56,182 bases of DNA from the NCBI GenBank assembly GCA_047621945.1, contig JBLHMK010000003.1, positions 1 through 56,182 of the forward strand, in the 5' to 3' direction. This stretch comes from Flavobacteriaceae bacterium (GTDB lineage: Bacteria > Bacteroidota > Bacteroidia > Chitinophagales > UBA8649). The position numbers and the translations under genes are program-made. Positions 1-9,540 of this stretch are shown here, one piece after another. Numbering within the stretch: the stretch's first letter is position 1; every line of letters begins with the position of its first letter. Below the pieces are notes generated by a model. It worked only from the letters and a program-made list of their open reading frames with translations, was not told the DNA's origin and did not search any database.

Positions 1-1467
1 GGAGAACATGGCGATGGAAGGGTGCGAGCAAGCTTTATCCCATTTATGTTGGGTGAAAAGAATTATCAGCTCCTACGGGATATTAAGGCAACTTGGGATC
101 CACAGGGTGTTTTTAACGCTGGGAAGATTACCGATGCTCCGAAGATCGATGAGAATTTACGATATGAAATTGATGCGCCGGAACCTGTGTTAAAGACGAT
201 CTTAAATTTTGATGAGGAAGGCGGATTTTTACGTTTGGCTGAGAAATGCAATGGGTCTGGAGATTGCAGAAAGACTCATTTAAGTGGGGGAACGATGTGC
301 CCAAGTTATATGGCCACAAAAGATGAAAAGGATACAACCAGGGCTCGTGCTAATGTGCTTAGAGAGTTTCTTACTCAGAATGATACAGAGCTTGAAAAGT
401 GGACATCTGAAGAAATAAAGGAGGCCTTAGATTTATGCTTAAGCTGCAAAGCCTGTAAAAGTGAATGTCCTAGTAATGTGGATATGGCAAGTTTAAAAGC
501 CGAGTTTCTCTATCAATATCAAGAAAGAAAAGGTACCTCAATGAGGACTAAAATATTCGGACATGTACAACAATTAAATGCTTTCGCATCTATATTTCCA
601 AGCTTATCGAATGCCATTAATTCAAGTGCTATTGGTAAAAAAGTATTAGGGATAGCTGAGGAAAGAACACCGCCTAAGTTGGCGAAAGAAACCTTGAAAA
701 AATGGTTTCTCAAACGAGCTAAAAAAGGTGAAGGCAAACTTAAGTCTGTATACTTTTTTGCCGATGAGTTTACGAACTACTATGATGTAGATGCGGGTCA
801 AGCCACTGTGTTATTGTTGGAAGAGTTAGGGTATGAGGTCAAGCTGGCACCCTTATCGGATAGTGGGAGAGCATTTATTTCTAAAGGGATGTTAAAGCAG
901 GCCAAGCAGTTAGCTAACAAGAATGTTCAAGCGTTAATTCCGCTTGTTTCTGAAGATACTCCAATAGTGGGTGTAGAGCCTAGTGCTATTCTTTCTTTCA
1001 GGGATGAATATATACGTTTAGTGGATAATAAGGAGTTTAAAAATTCTTGTATTGTCAAACATAGTTATACCATAGAGGAATTCCTTGCTAGTGAATTTGA
1101 GAAGGGCTTTATTGATCCAGCTTTGTTTACTACTTCGCACAAACAAGTGGTCTTACATGGTCATTGTCACCAGAAAGCCATTAGTGAAGTGAGTTGTTCA
1201 TCTACTATTCTTTCTATTCCTAGGAATTATCATGTGGAAACTTTAGCTACTGGTTGTTGCGGAATGGCTGGAAGCTTTGGCTATGAAAAAGAGCATTATC
1301 AAACTTCAATGGATGTTGGTGAATTGGTGTTGTTTCCTTCAGTAAGAAAGTGTGCACCGGAAACGGTTGTTTCGGCGCCCGGAACAAGCTGTCGTCATCA
1401 GATATTCGATGGAACAAAGAGGAAGGCCTTACACCCTGTCCAGGTACTCTATGAGGCCTTACTTTAA
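1..1467 (+). CDS. FAD-linked oxidase / Fe-S oxidoreductase (YdiJ/GlcDF-like fusion), 5'-truncated by the window edge
   Basis: Frame is open from base 1 (GEHGDGRVR, FAD-oxidase C-terminal motif). Contains CNGSGDC...MCPSY and CLSCKACKSECP ferredoxin motifs, plus HGHCH and CCGMAGSFG (CCG domain). Confidence 0.85.
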   Translation, partial: GEHGDGRVRASFIPFMLGEKNYQLLRDIKATWDPQGVFNAGKITDAPKIDENLRYEIDAPEPVLKTILNFDEEGGFLRLAEKCNGSGDCRKTHLSGGTMCPSYMATKDEKDTTRARANVLREFLTQNDTELEKWTSEEIKEALDLCLSCKACKSECPSNVDMASLKAEFLYQYQERKGTSMRTKIFGHVQQLNAFASIFPSLSNAINSSAIGKKVLGIAEERTPPKLAKETLKKWFLKRAKKGEGKLKSVYFFADEFTNYYDVDAGQATVLLLEELGYEVKLAPLSDSGRAFISKGMLKQAKQLANKNVQALIPLVSEDTPIVGVEPSAILSFRDEYIRLVDNKEFKNSCIVKHSYTIEEFLASEFEKGFIDPALFTTSHKQVVLHGHCHQKAISEVSCSSTILSIPRNYHVETLATGCCGMAGSFGYEKEHYQTSMDVGELVLFPSVRKCAPETVVSAPGTSCRHQIFDGTKRKALHPVQVLYEALL

Positions 1468-1481
1468 GATCTTAGTAGCGA

Positions 1482-2069
1482 TTAGATTTCGCCATTCTTG
1501 ACTTTTACTGTGCCGCTAATATTATAGATAACATAGTTGGTGAAGTTTTCATCAGCTTCGAAACCTGTACCATAGATAATTTCATCATCAGTAAGTATTT
1601 TTACAAACCCTTCTGATCTTATTTTTTTATCTATTTTATTCCATGTAAGATTTTCAGTGTTAAGCTGTTCCCCTTTTTTATTTAGAATTACTACGTCTCC
1701 ATTAACTTCCAGATCATCGCTATTATCTGTCATTTTACCCTCATTCGCTGAAAGCTCACTGTCTAGTTCGCCCTCTTCGTTATAAACGTATAGTTTCATT
1801 CCATCGGGGAATGAGGTGTAAGGTAAGTCTGGTGGATCCGCATTATATCTAACCGCAGTTGGAGCAACTATTTTTATGGTAGGAAGAGCATCTTCTGTAA
1901 AAAGTATTTCAACTTCTTTACCTTGCTCTATGCTAACAAATTCTTCGCTTATCTTCTTGACTTCTTCTATATCATTACTGCATGCAGTAAGGAGGACGAG
2001 GCTGAAAATAACAATCCGTTTCCAAGTAATTGAAAACGGACTGTAGTTATGTGTTATATGGTCAAACAT
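1482..2069 (-). CDS. lptC: LPS export ABC transporter periplasmic protein LptC (Bacteroidota type)
   Basis: Lipobox-like LLTAC; FPDG, L(N)TENLTWN and IYGTGFEADENF motifs; lies downstream of coaX, an OMP and a TPR gene. True start may be downstream of 2069. Confidence 0.8.
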   Translation of the reverse strand: MFDHITHNYSPFSITWKRIVIFSLVLLTACSNDIEEVKKISEEFVSIEQGKEVEILFTEDALPTIKIVAPTAVRYNADPPDLPYTSFPDGMKLYVYNEEGELDSELSANEGKMTDNSDDLEVNGDVVILNKKGEQLNTENLTWNKIDKKIRSEGFVKILTDDEIIYGTGFEADENFTNYVIYNISGTVKVKNGEI

Positions 2070-2071
2070 GC

Positions 2072-3499
2072 TTAGTCAGCTGTTCTTACCGTTGTAGTAG
2101 CTCCTATCCAACATCCAATACTATATGATGATCCCACACTAATATCTGGTCTCAGGAAAATATCAGATTTTGATGGCATATATTGATAGTATTTGTTAAT
2201 CAAGTTTTGAGCTTTAGTAGAAACTGAAGGATCAATGTTTTTCGCTTTTGACCACATGTCTATTGCTGCCCAAACTACTACTTGACTATCCCATCCTGCA
2301 CCACTTCCGCACTTTGAGCCACTAGATGCATACAATCTACCTATCAAGATATAAGGATCTCCCCATCCTGGACGCATTGCTGCTGCTTTGTTTGCATACG
2401 AACGAGCAGAACTAAAGTCGCCCTTAGCTTGATAAAATTGAGCAATTGTTAACAAATTATCTGCTTTTGCATTGTCATCAGTTTCTGATTCATTAGCTTC
2501 TTGCATGTATTGAATAGCAGTTGAATAGCTACCATTTCCACTTGCACGTTTAGCTAGGAATGTTGCCAAAGCTGAACTCGGTTGTTGCTGATATACTTTT
2601 TCAGCAACTTCAAAGAAGATTGGGTTATCGTACAATTTTGCTGCTTTCAGCATTTTATACACTTTAACTTGAGTTCCTAAATCAGTTGGATTAGAGGCAT
2701 ATTTTTTCTCAGCCATTGCTCCAATTGTTTCAGGATCTAGGTAACCATACTTTTCCATGTACTCAAAACACTTATCAGCAGTTCCTTTATATTTCCCAAC
2801 ACTATTTCCCTCTGACATATTGTGATCAGCAATTTCATTTATTTGGTCAAAGATGTCAAATACAGCTTCTTCATCAATTGCTTTAGCAGTTTTGTTAGCT
2901 TTGATTGCCATAATCATCCAAGGTGCAAGGAAGGCAGGACTAATATTTAATTTAGAAGTTCCTTCTTCTGAGTCAAACAATTCAACTGTTTTATTGAACA
3001 AGTTAAATACATAGGCTTCATTTCCTTTATTTTTATTGCTATACCAAGCGAAAGATTTTCTCATGGTTAAGTCAGCAGTTTCACCAAAGCACTTTAGTCT
3101 GATGTCATATATCGCAAGCATAGAATCGATGTAGGCGTTCTTAACACTCTCATCAGTAGCTGCTTCAGAGTAGGCTTTAAAAATATCATACCCATCAAGA
3201 TGTGGCGTTTCTCTGGCACTTGGAGCGTTTACATAAATGTATTTCCATCCTTTATAAGCATCTTTGTAATACCTTACTTTAGTAGCTAAGTCTTCTTGGC
3301 TATCTCCTTGTTTTTTGAATTCACGATAAAGTGAATAGTTTTGAATCGCTTTCAAACTATCTGGCCCCCAATGAGGAGAACCACAATTTATGGTTGTAGC
3401 ATCGGCAATTGCTTGCACTCTAGCTGGATCATCTTGAGCGAAAGCTTGAAGGCTTGTAAGAGTAAGTATACTCAGTACTAGGTGTTTTATCGTTTTCAT
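2072..3499 (-). CDS. Secreted tetratricopeptide-repeat protein
   Basis: Signal peptide MKTIKHLVLSILTLTSLQAFA-Q from ATG at 3499; helical repeats; C-terminal AIDMWSKAKNIDP...IGCWIG typical of the TPR gene before lptC. Confidence 0.75.
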   Translation of the reverse strand: MKTIKHLVLSILTLTSLQAFAQDDPARVQAIADATTINCGSPHWGPDSLKAIQNYSLYREFKKQGDSQEDLATKVRYYKDAYKGWKYIYVNAPSARETPHLDGYDIFKAYSEAATDESVKNAYIDSMLAIYDIRLKCFGETADLTMRKSFAWYSNKNKGNEAYVFNLFNKTVELFDSEEGTSKLNISPAFLAPWMIMAIKANKTAKAIDEEAVFDIFDQINEIADHNMSEGNSVGKYKGTADKCFEYMEKYGYLDPETIGAMAEKKYASNPTDLGTQVKVYKMLKAAKLYDNPIFFEVAEKVYQQQPSSALATFLAKRASGNGSYSTAIQYMQEANESETDDNAKADNLLTIAQFYQAKGDFSSARSYANKAAAMRPGWGDPYILIGRLYASSGSKCGSGAGWDSQVVVWAAIDMWSKAKNIDPSVSTKAQNLINKYYQYMPSKSDIFLRPDISVGSSYSIGCWIGATTTVRTAD

Positions 3500-3509
3500 C
3501 TTTCTAATT

Positions 3510-4823
3510 TTAATCAAATTTTCTTTTAATAAACCATCGATCACTTAAAGAGTAGGCTAATGTTACTTTGTAATAGTTTTCTTTTACTGCTACATCGCTA
3601 ACTATTCCTCTTCTTCCTATTTCTACTGTAAGGTTTAACTTACTATATGATTGATAGTTGCCCGAAGTCTTTCCGAACGGTAAACCAAGTCCAAATGTCG
3701 TGCCAAACTCAGGAACACCAATGTTATTAGATACTACGCGAGACTTCCCAAAGTGTGCACCCACTCGATAACTCACATTGCTACCGTATTTTTTGCTCTT
3801 ATAGTTGGGCTTAATCTCTCCGCCAACTTTCACATGCCATTCATTATCGAGACTAAGATTATTTAAAGGGCTTGAGAATTTTTTCCAATTTTCGAAATGG
3901 AAATCTACGCCAGTTGTCCATCTATTTTCATTTCCAAAAGTAACTCCAGCACCAAAATAAGCGGGAAGAATGGTTTGTTCTTTCAAATCATAAACGCCAC
4001 CACTTGCAGAATCTATGGCTACTTCCTCATTAGTGAATACACTTGTGAAGCTTGAGTTTGAATATTTAGAAGAGAAACTTCTTATTTTATATGATGGAGA
4101 ACCATAAGCTCCAACCGTCATATAGATGCTTTCACGGTCTTTATTCTCATTTTCAAGTTTGTTAATTTTGACTTGATATTGGATACCGAAATCAAAACTA
4201 AGGTCTTTTAAACTGACTGTACTATGTTTGCTTGTGTTGATGTTACCAATTGAATCTGCAAACAAAATGTTTTCTGATTCATCTAATTCCCCAAATAGGA
4301 AATTGGTATTCATACCTAGACTAAGGTTTTTAATTTGTACGCCATTACCCCAAAAAAGTTTATAGGTTGATCCGCTTCCTTTTTGCTGATAATTATAGCT
4401 AATCCCATCTTCCACTATATCAGAATTGTAGGTGTAATTTTTGAAAGAATATGGAAGAAGACCAACAGCCATGCTCCATTTTCTTTGCATGATTGGAAAT
4501 GCAAGAGCTACATGGTTTATTCCACCGTTAGCTCCATCGGTTAATCGAGCACTATCAGAAACAACGTTCCCATTCAAGTGAAGACCAATGTCGAAAGTGG
4601 TAAATGTAAGCGCAGAGTAAGAAGCCGGATTGAGATAATTAATATCTCGAGAACTGCGAAATCCAGCTGCGATTCCTCCCATTCCTTTATTTGTAGCAAA
4701 TGTTGGGCTGTGCATATTACCCAAACCAAATTGGCTTTGAGGAGAAAATGTCTGTGCCTGTAAACTTACGGCTATCAAAGACAGTGTAAGGAGGCTAAAA
4801 ATAGATGAAAACTTAATCTGCAT
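3510..4823 (-). CDS. Outer-membrane beta-barrel of the FadL/OmpP1 superfamily; candidate BAM accessory barrel (BamG-like)
   Basis: Signal peptide, SPQSQFGLG, GMGG and INYLNPAS N-terminal motifs, amphipathic strands, C-terminal DRWFIKRKFD; located between coaX and TPR-lptC. Confidence 0.7.
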   Translation of the reverse strand: MQIKFSSIFSLLTLSLIAVSLQAQTFSPQSQFGLGNMHSPTFATNKGMGGIAAGFRSSRDINYLNPASYSALTFTTFDIGLHLNGNVVSDSARLTDGANGGINHVALAFPIMQRKWSMAVGLLPYSFKNYTYNSDIVEDGISYNYQQKGSGSTYKLFWGNGVQIKNLSLGMNTNFLFGELDESENILFADSIGNINTSKHSTVSLKDLSFDFGIQYQVKINKLENENKDRESIYMTVGAYGSPSYKIRSFSSKYSNSSFTSVFTNEEVAIDSASGGVYDLKEQTILPAYFGAGVTFGNENRWTTGVDFHFENWKKFSSPLNNLSLDNEWHVKVGGEIKPNYKSKKYGSNVSYRVGAHFGKSRVVSNNIGVPEFGTTFGLGLPFGKTSGNYQSYSKLNLTVEIGRRGIVSDVAVKENYYKVTLAYSLSDRWFIKRKFD

Positions 4824-5526
4824 TGTATAATAAGATTCGGTTCAAGCCAATGGCTTGTAAATTTTGTTGCGCAAATATCTCATTTTTCAGGTGGAATTCA
4901 AACAAATAAGCATCTCCACCAGTTATTATTACTGTTAAATCATGATAAATAGCCTTGAAGCGCTCTATAGTCGCACTGATTTCGTTCAAGGCTCCGTTAA
5001 AAACCCCGCTTTGCATACTTTCTAATGTTGTCTTTCCCACAAGAGGAATATGAGTTGGTTTCTGCTGTTCAATTAACGGAAGATTTGCTGTTTGATTGTG
5101 CAAGGCCTTTCTTCTCATATCAAGACCAAGAGTAATTATTCCACCCTGAAAAACGCCTTCTTTGTCGATTAAATCGATAGTTATACAGGTTCCTGCACTT
5201 AGAATCAATGAGCTTCTGTTTGGATATAAGTAGTTGGCTCCTACGGCTAATGCTATTCTATCCGTACCTAGAGTTCCTGGTGTATGGTAATTTAAGTTAA
5301 TAGGGATTGGAGTATCTTTTGTAAGAATTAAAAACTGTTCTTCCTTTATGAAATCGGGAATGCTAGAAGAGCTTGAATAGATGCCTTGTTTAAACTCACT
5401 TGATTGTAAAACAAGTTGGATGTTTTGTTCTTCATCATTGAAAAAAGCGTACGACTGCACAATCTTTTCTTCTTCTATAAAGTAGATTTTAGTTTTTGTA
5501 TTGCCTTGGTCAATTAAACAATTCAT
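4813..5526 (-). CDS. coaX: Type III pantothenate kinase
   Basis: DQGNTKTK, LGTDR, AGTCITID, GGII and TGGDA motifs. Confidence 0.93.
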   Translation of the reverse strand: MNCLIDQGNTKTKIYFIEEEKIVQSYAFFNDEEQNIQLVLQSSEFKQGIYSSSSSIPDFIKEEQFLILTKDTPIPINLNYHTPGTLGTDRIALAVGANYLYPNRSSLILSAGTCITIDLIDKEGVFQGGIITLGLDMRRKALHNQTANLPLIEQQKPTHIPLVGKTTLESMQSGVFNGALNEISATIERFKAIYHDLTVIITGGDAYLFEFHLKNEIFAQQNLQAIGLNRILLYNAD

Positions 5527-5539
5527 TCCTTGTATATAA

Positions 5540-7081
5540 TTAGTTAGCTTTTTTTATACCGTTTTCAAAAGGAACCACGTACGCATATTTATGCCCATTT
5601 CTTTTAACATCTAAACAAAAGTCATTGGCTTGTTTAAGATTTTTAAAATTGCCAATTACATAGTGGAAATAATCATCGTCAAAATAGGTTTCATAATCTT
5701 TTAAGTGGTCGTAATAATTGACGTCTATTGGTATTTCTCTTCTCAAGCTTAGGAATTGAACTTTATAGGTAATCCCCTCGTAGAAAATAGGGGTGCTTGA
5801 AGTTGTTTCATTCCTTTCCTCTTCTTCTAGAAAGCCACCAAGTGCTAACAGTAAATGGTTGTTAACTTCTAGAGTGAATTCTTTGCTTTCGTTCAATGGT
5901 CTGCGAGTTACGGTGAGCACTTCTGCAACGTCATCTATTATGGCATCACTTAACTCGTATTCTACTTCTTTTAATTCTCCGCTAAACTTATGTCTTACTT
6001 GTTCCGAAGCACCACTCATCCATTGCCTTTCGGAAACTGAAATAGGTACGGAAAGATTGTTTTTTTCTACTTGAGACACGGGCATAATAGCGTATTTAGC
6101 CAGACCTCCATTATCGTACATCCCGCTGAAAGTTGGTATGTATCCTACATCTTTTGTAAATGCAACGCCTGAACTTTTATTTTTTTCTACAATAACCTCC
6201 AGTATACAAGCGCTGTTGTTTATTGGAGAAGCTTTGGTGCTTACAAAATCACCTAAGGAATAAGCGATAATTCTATTTGTTAGATACCCATTAATCACGT
6301 GGTCGCTCACATTTACATCTTGAACCACACGTGGGTTGGAGCCAACTACAATATTAGCGCCTTCTTGGATGCACAAATCTGCTAATTTTACTTGTGTTTT
6401 ATTTGGAGAAGATTCGTATTCTTCCCCCCAATTCATATAGACTATGGTAAAATCGGCACCCCGGTTTTTAGCTAGTAATAAATCTCTTTTAATAATTTCC
6501 TCTTTAGCTCCATTAACTAGAGGAGATAGCTCGGGGTAGTAAGGCAGCCCTTCTATATAGTTAAGGAAGGCTATCTTAATTCCGTATTTTTCTATAATCG
6601 TGGGATTTCTCTCATATCGATCTTCTTCGTGTTCAAAAGAGCCTATTTGAGTTATATTAATATCATTTAAAAATTCTTTGTTCGCCTTCCAATCATCTAA
6701 TTCCTGATGAACTGCGCTTCTATTAGCATTCATCAAAAGGTTAAATCCTGCATATTTTAATGCTATTCCATACTCATCTGGAATAGACTTGAGCCCAGAT
6801 TCCAAATAGTCGTCTGACTGAGCAAAGGAGTTATCCAAATTACCTACAACAATGTCGCCCAAATTTAGCAGAGGGCGGATATAATGAAAAATGTATTGAA
6901 AATCATACTGATCCTTACTTGGAATGTATGAAGCATCAAGAATTTGCTGATTGATTGTTAAATCTCCGACAAGGAGGATTTTCAAAAAATCACTAGTATC
7001 ATTATTTACATATTGTTGTTGTGCTTGTATGTAAAAGCAACTAATTATTGATAAGGCTATTAGCCAATTCTTTAATCTCAT
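5540..7081 (-). CDS. CapA/PGA_cap metallophosphoesterase-fold protein with degenerate active site and C-terminal SPOR-like domain
   Basis: Signal peptide; VGD, GNLD, ANRS, MNWGEEY, GSNPRVVQ and YSLGDF align with CapA motifs; C-terminal YKVQF...YVIGNF...AYVVPFENG. Confidence 0.75.
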   Translation of the reverse strand: MRLKNWLIALSIISCFYIQAQQQYVNNDTSDFLKILLVGDLTINQQILDASYIPSKDQYDFQYIFHYIRPLLNLGDIVVGNLDNSFAQSDDYLESGLKSIPDEYGIALKYAGFNLLMNANRSAVHQELDDWKANKEFLNDINITQIGSFEHEEDRYERNPTIIEKYGIKIAFLNYIEGLPYYPELSPLVNGAKEEIIKRDLLLAKNRGADFTIVYMNWGEEYESSPNKTQVKLADLCIQEGANIVVGSNPRVVQDVNVSDHVINGYLTNRIIAYSLGDFVSTKASPINNSACILEVIVEKNKSSGVAFTKDVGYIPTFSGMYDNGGLAKYAIMPVSQVEKNNLSVPISVSERQWMSGASEQVRHKFSGELKEVEYELSDAIIDDVAEVLTVTRRPLNESKEFTLEVNNHLLLALGGFLEEEERNETTSSTPIFYEGITYKVQFLSLRREIPIDVNYYDHLKDYETYFDDDYFHYVIGNFKNLKQANDFCLDVKRNGHKYAYVVPFENGIKKAN

Positions 7082-7715
7082 CCGACTCTATGGTTTGATA
7101 TTTTATATGTTTGTTTTTTGCAACGGCTAGCATTCCTTTAGCTACATCATTCGCTTGAATACTGCGATATTTCTTTAATTTCCCTTGAAGTAAAAACTCT
7201 AAAGGCGGCATAAAGGTCATCGCTAATTTTTCCCCAAATCTCTTTTCTTTTCGATTCCCTAAAAGAAGTGAAGGTTGGTAAATGTTTAAGGATTGAAAAT
7301 GTAATGCTTGCAATTCTTTTTCTAATTCTCCTTTTACCTGGTTATAGAAGATAGTTGATTGCGCATCTGCTCCTAAAGCTGTAACAACATGATAGGATTT
7401 GCAATCATTGACTTTAAGGGCTTTGGCAAGTTGTAGAGGGAAATGGAAGTCTACCTTTTTAAAGGCTTTTTGAGAACCGGCTTTTTTAATGGTGGTGCCC
7501 AAACAACAAAATGCTTGGTCTACGTTTGGAATGTTGGAATAGCTTTCTTCATTGTTAAAATCAAAAATGCGCTCCTTTAGCTTTGGATGCTCTTTCCCAC
7601 TTGATTTTCTTACCAGACTATAAACCGAATCAAAGCTATTTTCATCTAGTAAGAGGTCTAATAAATGTCCTCCAACTAAGCCACTTGCTCCTGCTATTAA
7701 AACGGTCTTCTTCAT
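7041..7715 (-). CDS. NAD(P)H-binding oxidoreductase (YraR/TIP30-like atypical SDR)
   Basis: GASGLVG Rossmann motif, CCLGTTIKKAGS, FYNQVKGE, PSLLLG; ATG at 7715. Confidence 0.85.
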   Translation of the reverse strand: MKKTVLIAGASGLVGGHLLDLLLDENSFDSVYSLVRKSSGKEHPKLKERIFDFNNEESYSNIPNVDQAFCCLGTTIKKAGSQKAFKKVDFHFPLQLAKALKVNDCKSYHVVTALGADAQSTIFYNQVKGELEKELQALHFQSLNIYQPSLLLGNRKEKRFGEKLAMTFMPPLEFLLQGKLKKYRSIQANDVAKGMLAVAKNKHIKYQTIESDEIKELANSLINN

Positions 7716-7751
7716 ATTGAGATTACTTCTCTTGATGTAAAGATAATCACA

Positions 7752-7759
7752 TAACTTTG
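7752..7759 (+). promoter_or_regulatory. Bacteroidota -7 promoter element TAACTTTG
   Basis: Exact TAnnTTTG match 4 nt before ATG 7764 in a 48-bp divergent intergenic region. Confidence 0.6.
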
Positions 7760-7763
7760 TTCT

Positions 7764-8525
7764 ATGGATTTTTGGCATATAATACTTGTTCTTGTAGTTG
7801 GATTCGTGGCGGGTATTATTAATGTTATGGCTGGAGGTGGTTCATTGTTAACCATGCCTTTGTTGATTTTTTTAGGGCTTGATTCTACCATGGCAAATGG
7901 CACTAATCGGATAGCCATTCTATTTCAAAACGCTACGGCTATTGGAGGATATCAAAGTAAAGGGCAGAGCCCAGGAAGCTTTGGTATTTATTTAGGAATA
8001 GCTGCGCTTTTCGGAGCTATAATCGGTTCGAAAATTGCACTTGAAATACCCGATGGTATATTTAATAAAATTCTAGCAATTGTGATGGTATTGGTAGTCT
8101 TAATGACTTTGGTTAATCCTTCGCTTAAACTTAAAGATGGTGAACAGCTCATCCTCCGATTAGGTAAAAAACACAAGATCATGGCTATTATTGCGTTGTT
8201 CTTAACAGGTATATATGGTGGTTTTATTCAAGCAGGAACCGGGTTGTTTATTATGGCTGCATTGAGCTTCATAAATAGATACACCTTACTTCAGGCTAAT
8301 GTAGCAAAAGCTACGATTATGTTTATCTATACCTTATCTGCTATAGCGATATTTGCTTATGATGGACAAATTAATCTATTGTACGGATTAGCCTTAGCCG
8401 TGAGTATGTCTATTGGTGCATGGTGGGCCAGCAGATGGTCTACAGGTTCTGGCCAGAAGTATATTAAATGGTTTATGGTTATTGCCGTCACGATTATGGC
8501 AATAAGTCTTTGGCTAAAACCTTAA
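7764..8525 (+). CDS. Sulfite exporter TauE/SafE family membrane protein
   Basis: AGGGSLLTMP, ANGTN and YGGFIQAGTG motifs; multiple TM helices. Confidence 0.88.
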   Translation: MDFWHIILVLVVGFVAGIINVMAGGGSLLTMPLLIFLGLDSTMANGTNRIAILFQNATAIGGYQSKGQSPGSFGIYLGIAALFGAIIGSKIALEIPDGIFNKILAIVMVLVVLMTLVNPSLKLKDGEQLILRLGKKHKIMAIIALFLTGIYGGFIQAGTGLFIMAALSFINRYTLLQANVAKATIMFIYTLSAIAIFAYDGQINLLYGLALAVSMSIGAWWASRWSTGSGQKYIKWFMVIAVTIMAISLWLKP

Positions 8526-8526
8526 G

Positions 8527-9498
8527 CTATTTTATAGGATAGGTAACTTTAGTGTTCCATTTTCTTGGGTCGCTTTCGGCTTCAGGGTCAGTTATATATT
8601 CTTCAATAGCTGGTCCAACATATTCTAGCTCATTAGCAATTAGGTAACCCTCAATAAGCCCATGAACTTCTGCTAAGCCTTCATAAGCGCCATAGTAATC
8701 AACCATAACGGCTTTCGATTCGGGTATAGTAATTATTGTAGTTCCCTCAGGTGCTTTTGTTCCAGAGACCACAGGTATGGCTGCTGCAAGGTCAGTACGC
8801 ATATTTTCCATATCCCAGGTAAAGTATAAGCCAGAGGGCATTCCACCTTCCATGGTTACTCCAGATTCCATAATTTTCATATAATTGTTTGCGTAAAAAG
8901 ATTGAATTTCAGTAATATCAGTCTCTTCTCGAATCGCAACATAATGCTTCTCGGTCATGTCTATTTCTTTTACCTGCATGCTTGGAGCTTCAGCTGGAAT
9001 GTTTTCTGCATGAGATTTTAATAACTCAAGACCTTCCTCAAAATCAGGACCTACCATTTTGTCCATATTCATAAACAAAGCAGCGATGCCCTTTAGTTGA
9101 CCATGAAATCCCCATTTAACTTCTGTTCCTCCTTCTATTTCTGCTACTTGAACATATCCGTCAGATTCGCTTTCAAAAGGGTCTAAGAAATGGGTGTGAT
9201 ACTTTACTTCTTCTCCTTCTATAAGACTGGTCATGTTCATTTCTCCAGCACCTGAGTTTTCACTCGTCCAAGAATAGCCACTTTCTATTTCTCCGTCAGT
9301 TCCGGAAAGCATCCATTCCATGGTGGAATCTTTGGCGTACCAAGGAGACCAATGTTGCCAATTCTCAAAATATTTCACTTGTTGCCAGACCACATCAGCA
9401 GGTGCGTCTATAACTATTGAACGCTCTACGGCGTAATCTTTCTTACAAGAGCTAAACACTAGTAAAGCGGGTATGATCAAAAAGAGTATTTTTTTCAT
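8527..9498 (-). CDS. SRPBCC (START-like) plus GyrI-like small-molecule-binding domain lipoprotein
   Basis: VERSIVIDAP...WSPW (SRPBCC); YYGAYEGL...EEYITDP...TKVTYPI (GyrI-like); lipobox VFSSC. Confidence 0.8.
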   Translation of the reverse strand: MKKILFLIIPALLVFSSCKKDYAVERSIVIDAPADVVWQQVKYFENWQHWSPWYAKDSTMEWMLSGTDGEIESGYSWTSENSGAGEMNMTSLIEGEEVKYHTHFLDPFESESDGYVQVAEIEGGTEVKWGFHGQLKGIAALFMNMDKMVGPDFEEGLELLKSHAENIPAEAPSMQVKEIDMTEKHYVAIREETDITEIQSFYANNYMKIMESGVTMEGGMPSGLYFTWDMENMRTDLAAAIPVVSGTKAPEGTTIITIPESKAVMVDYYGAYEGLAEVHGLIEGYLIANELEYVGPAIEEYITDPEAESDPRKWNTKVTYPIK

Positions 9499-9540
9499 AG
9501 GTCTAGGTTTGAGTAATAAATATAAGGAATTTAGAATAAT

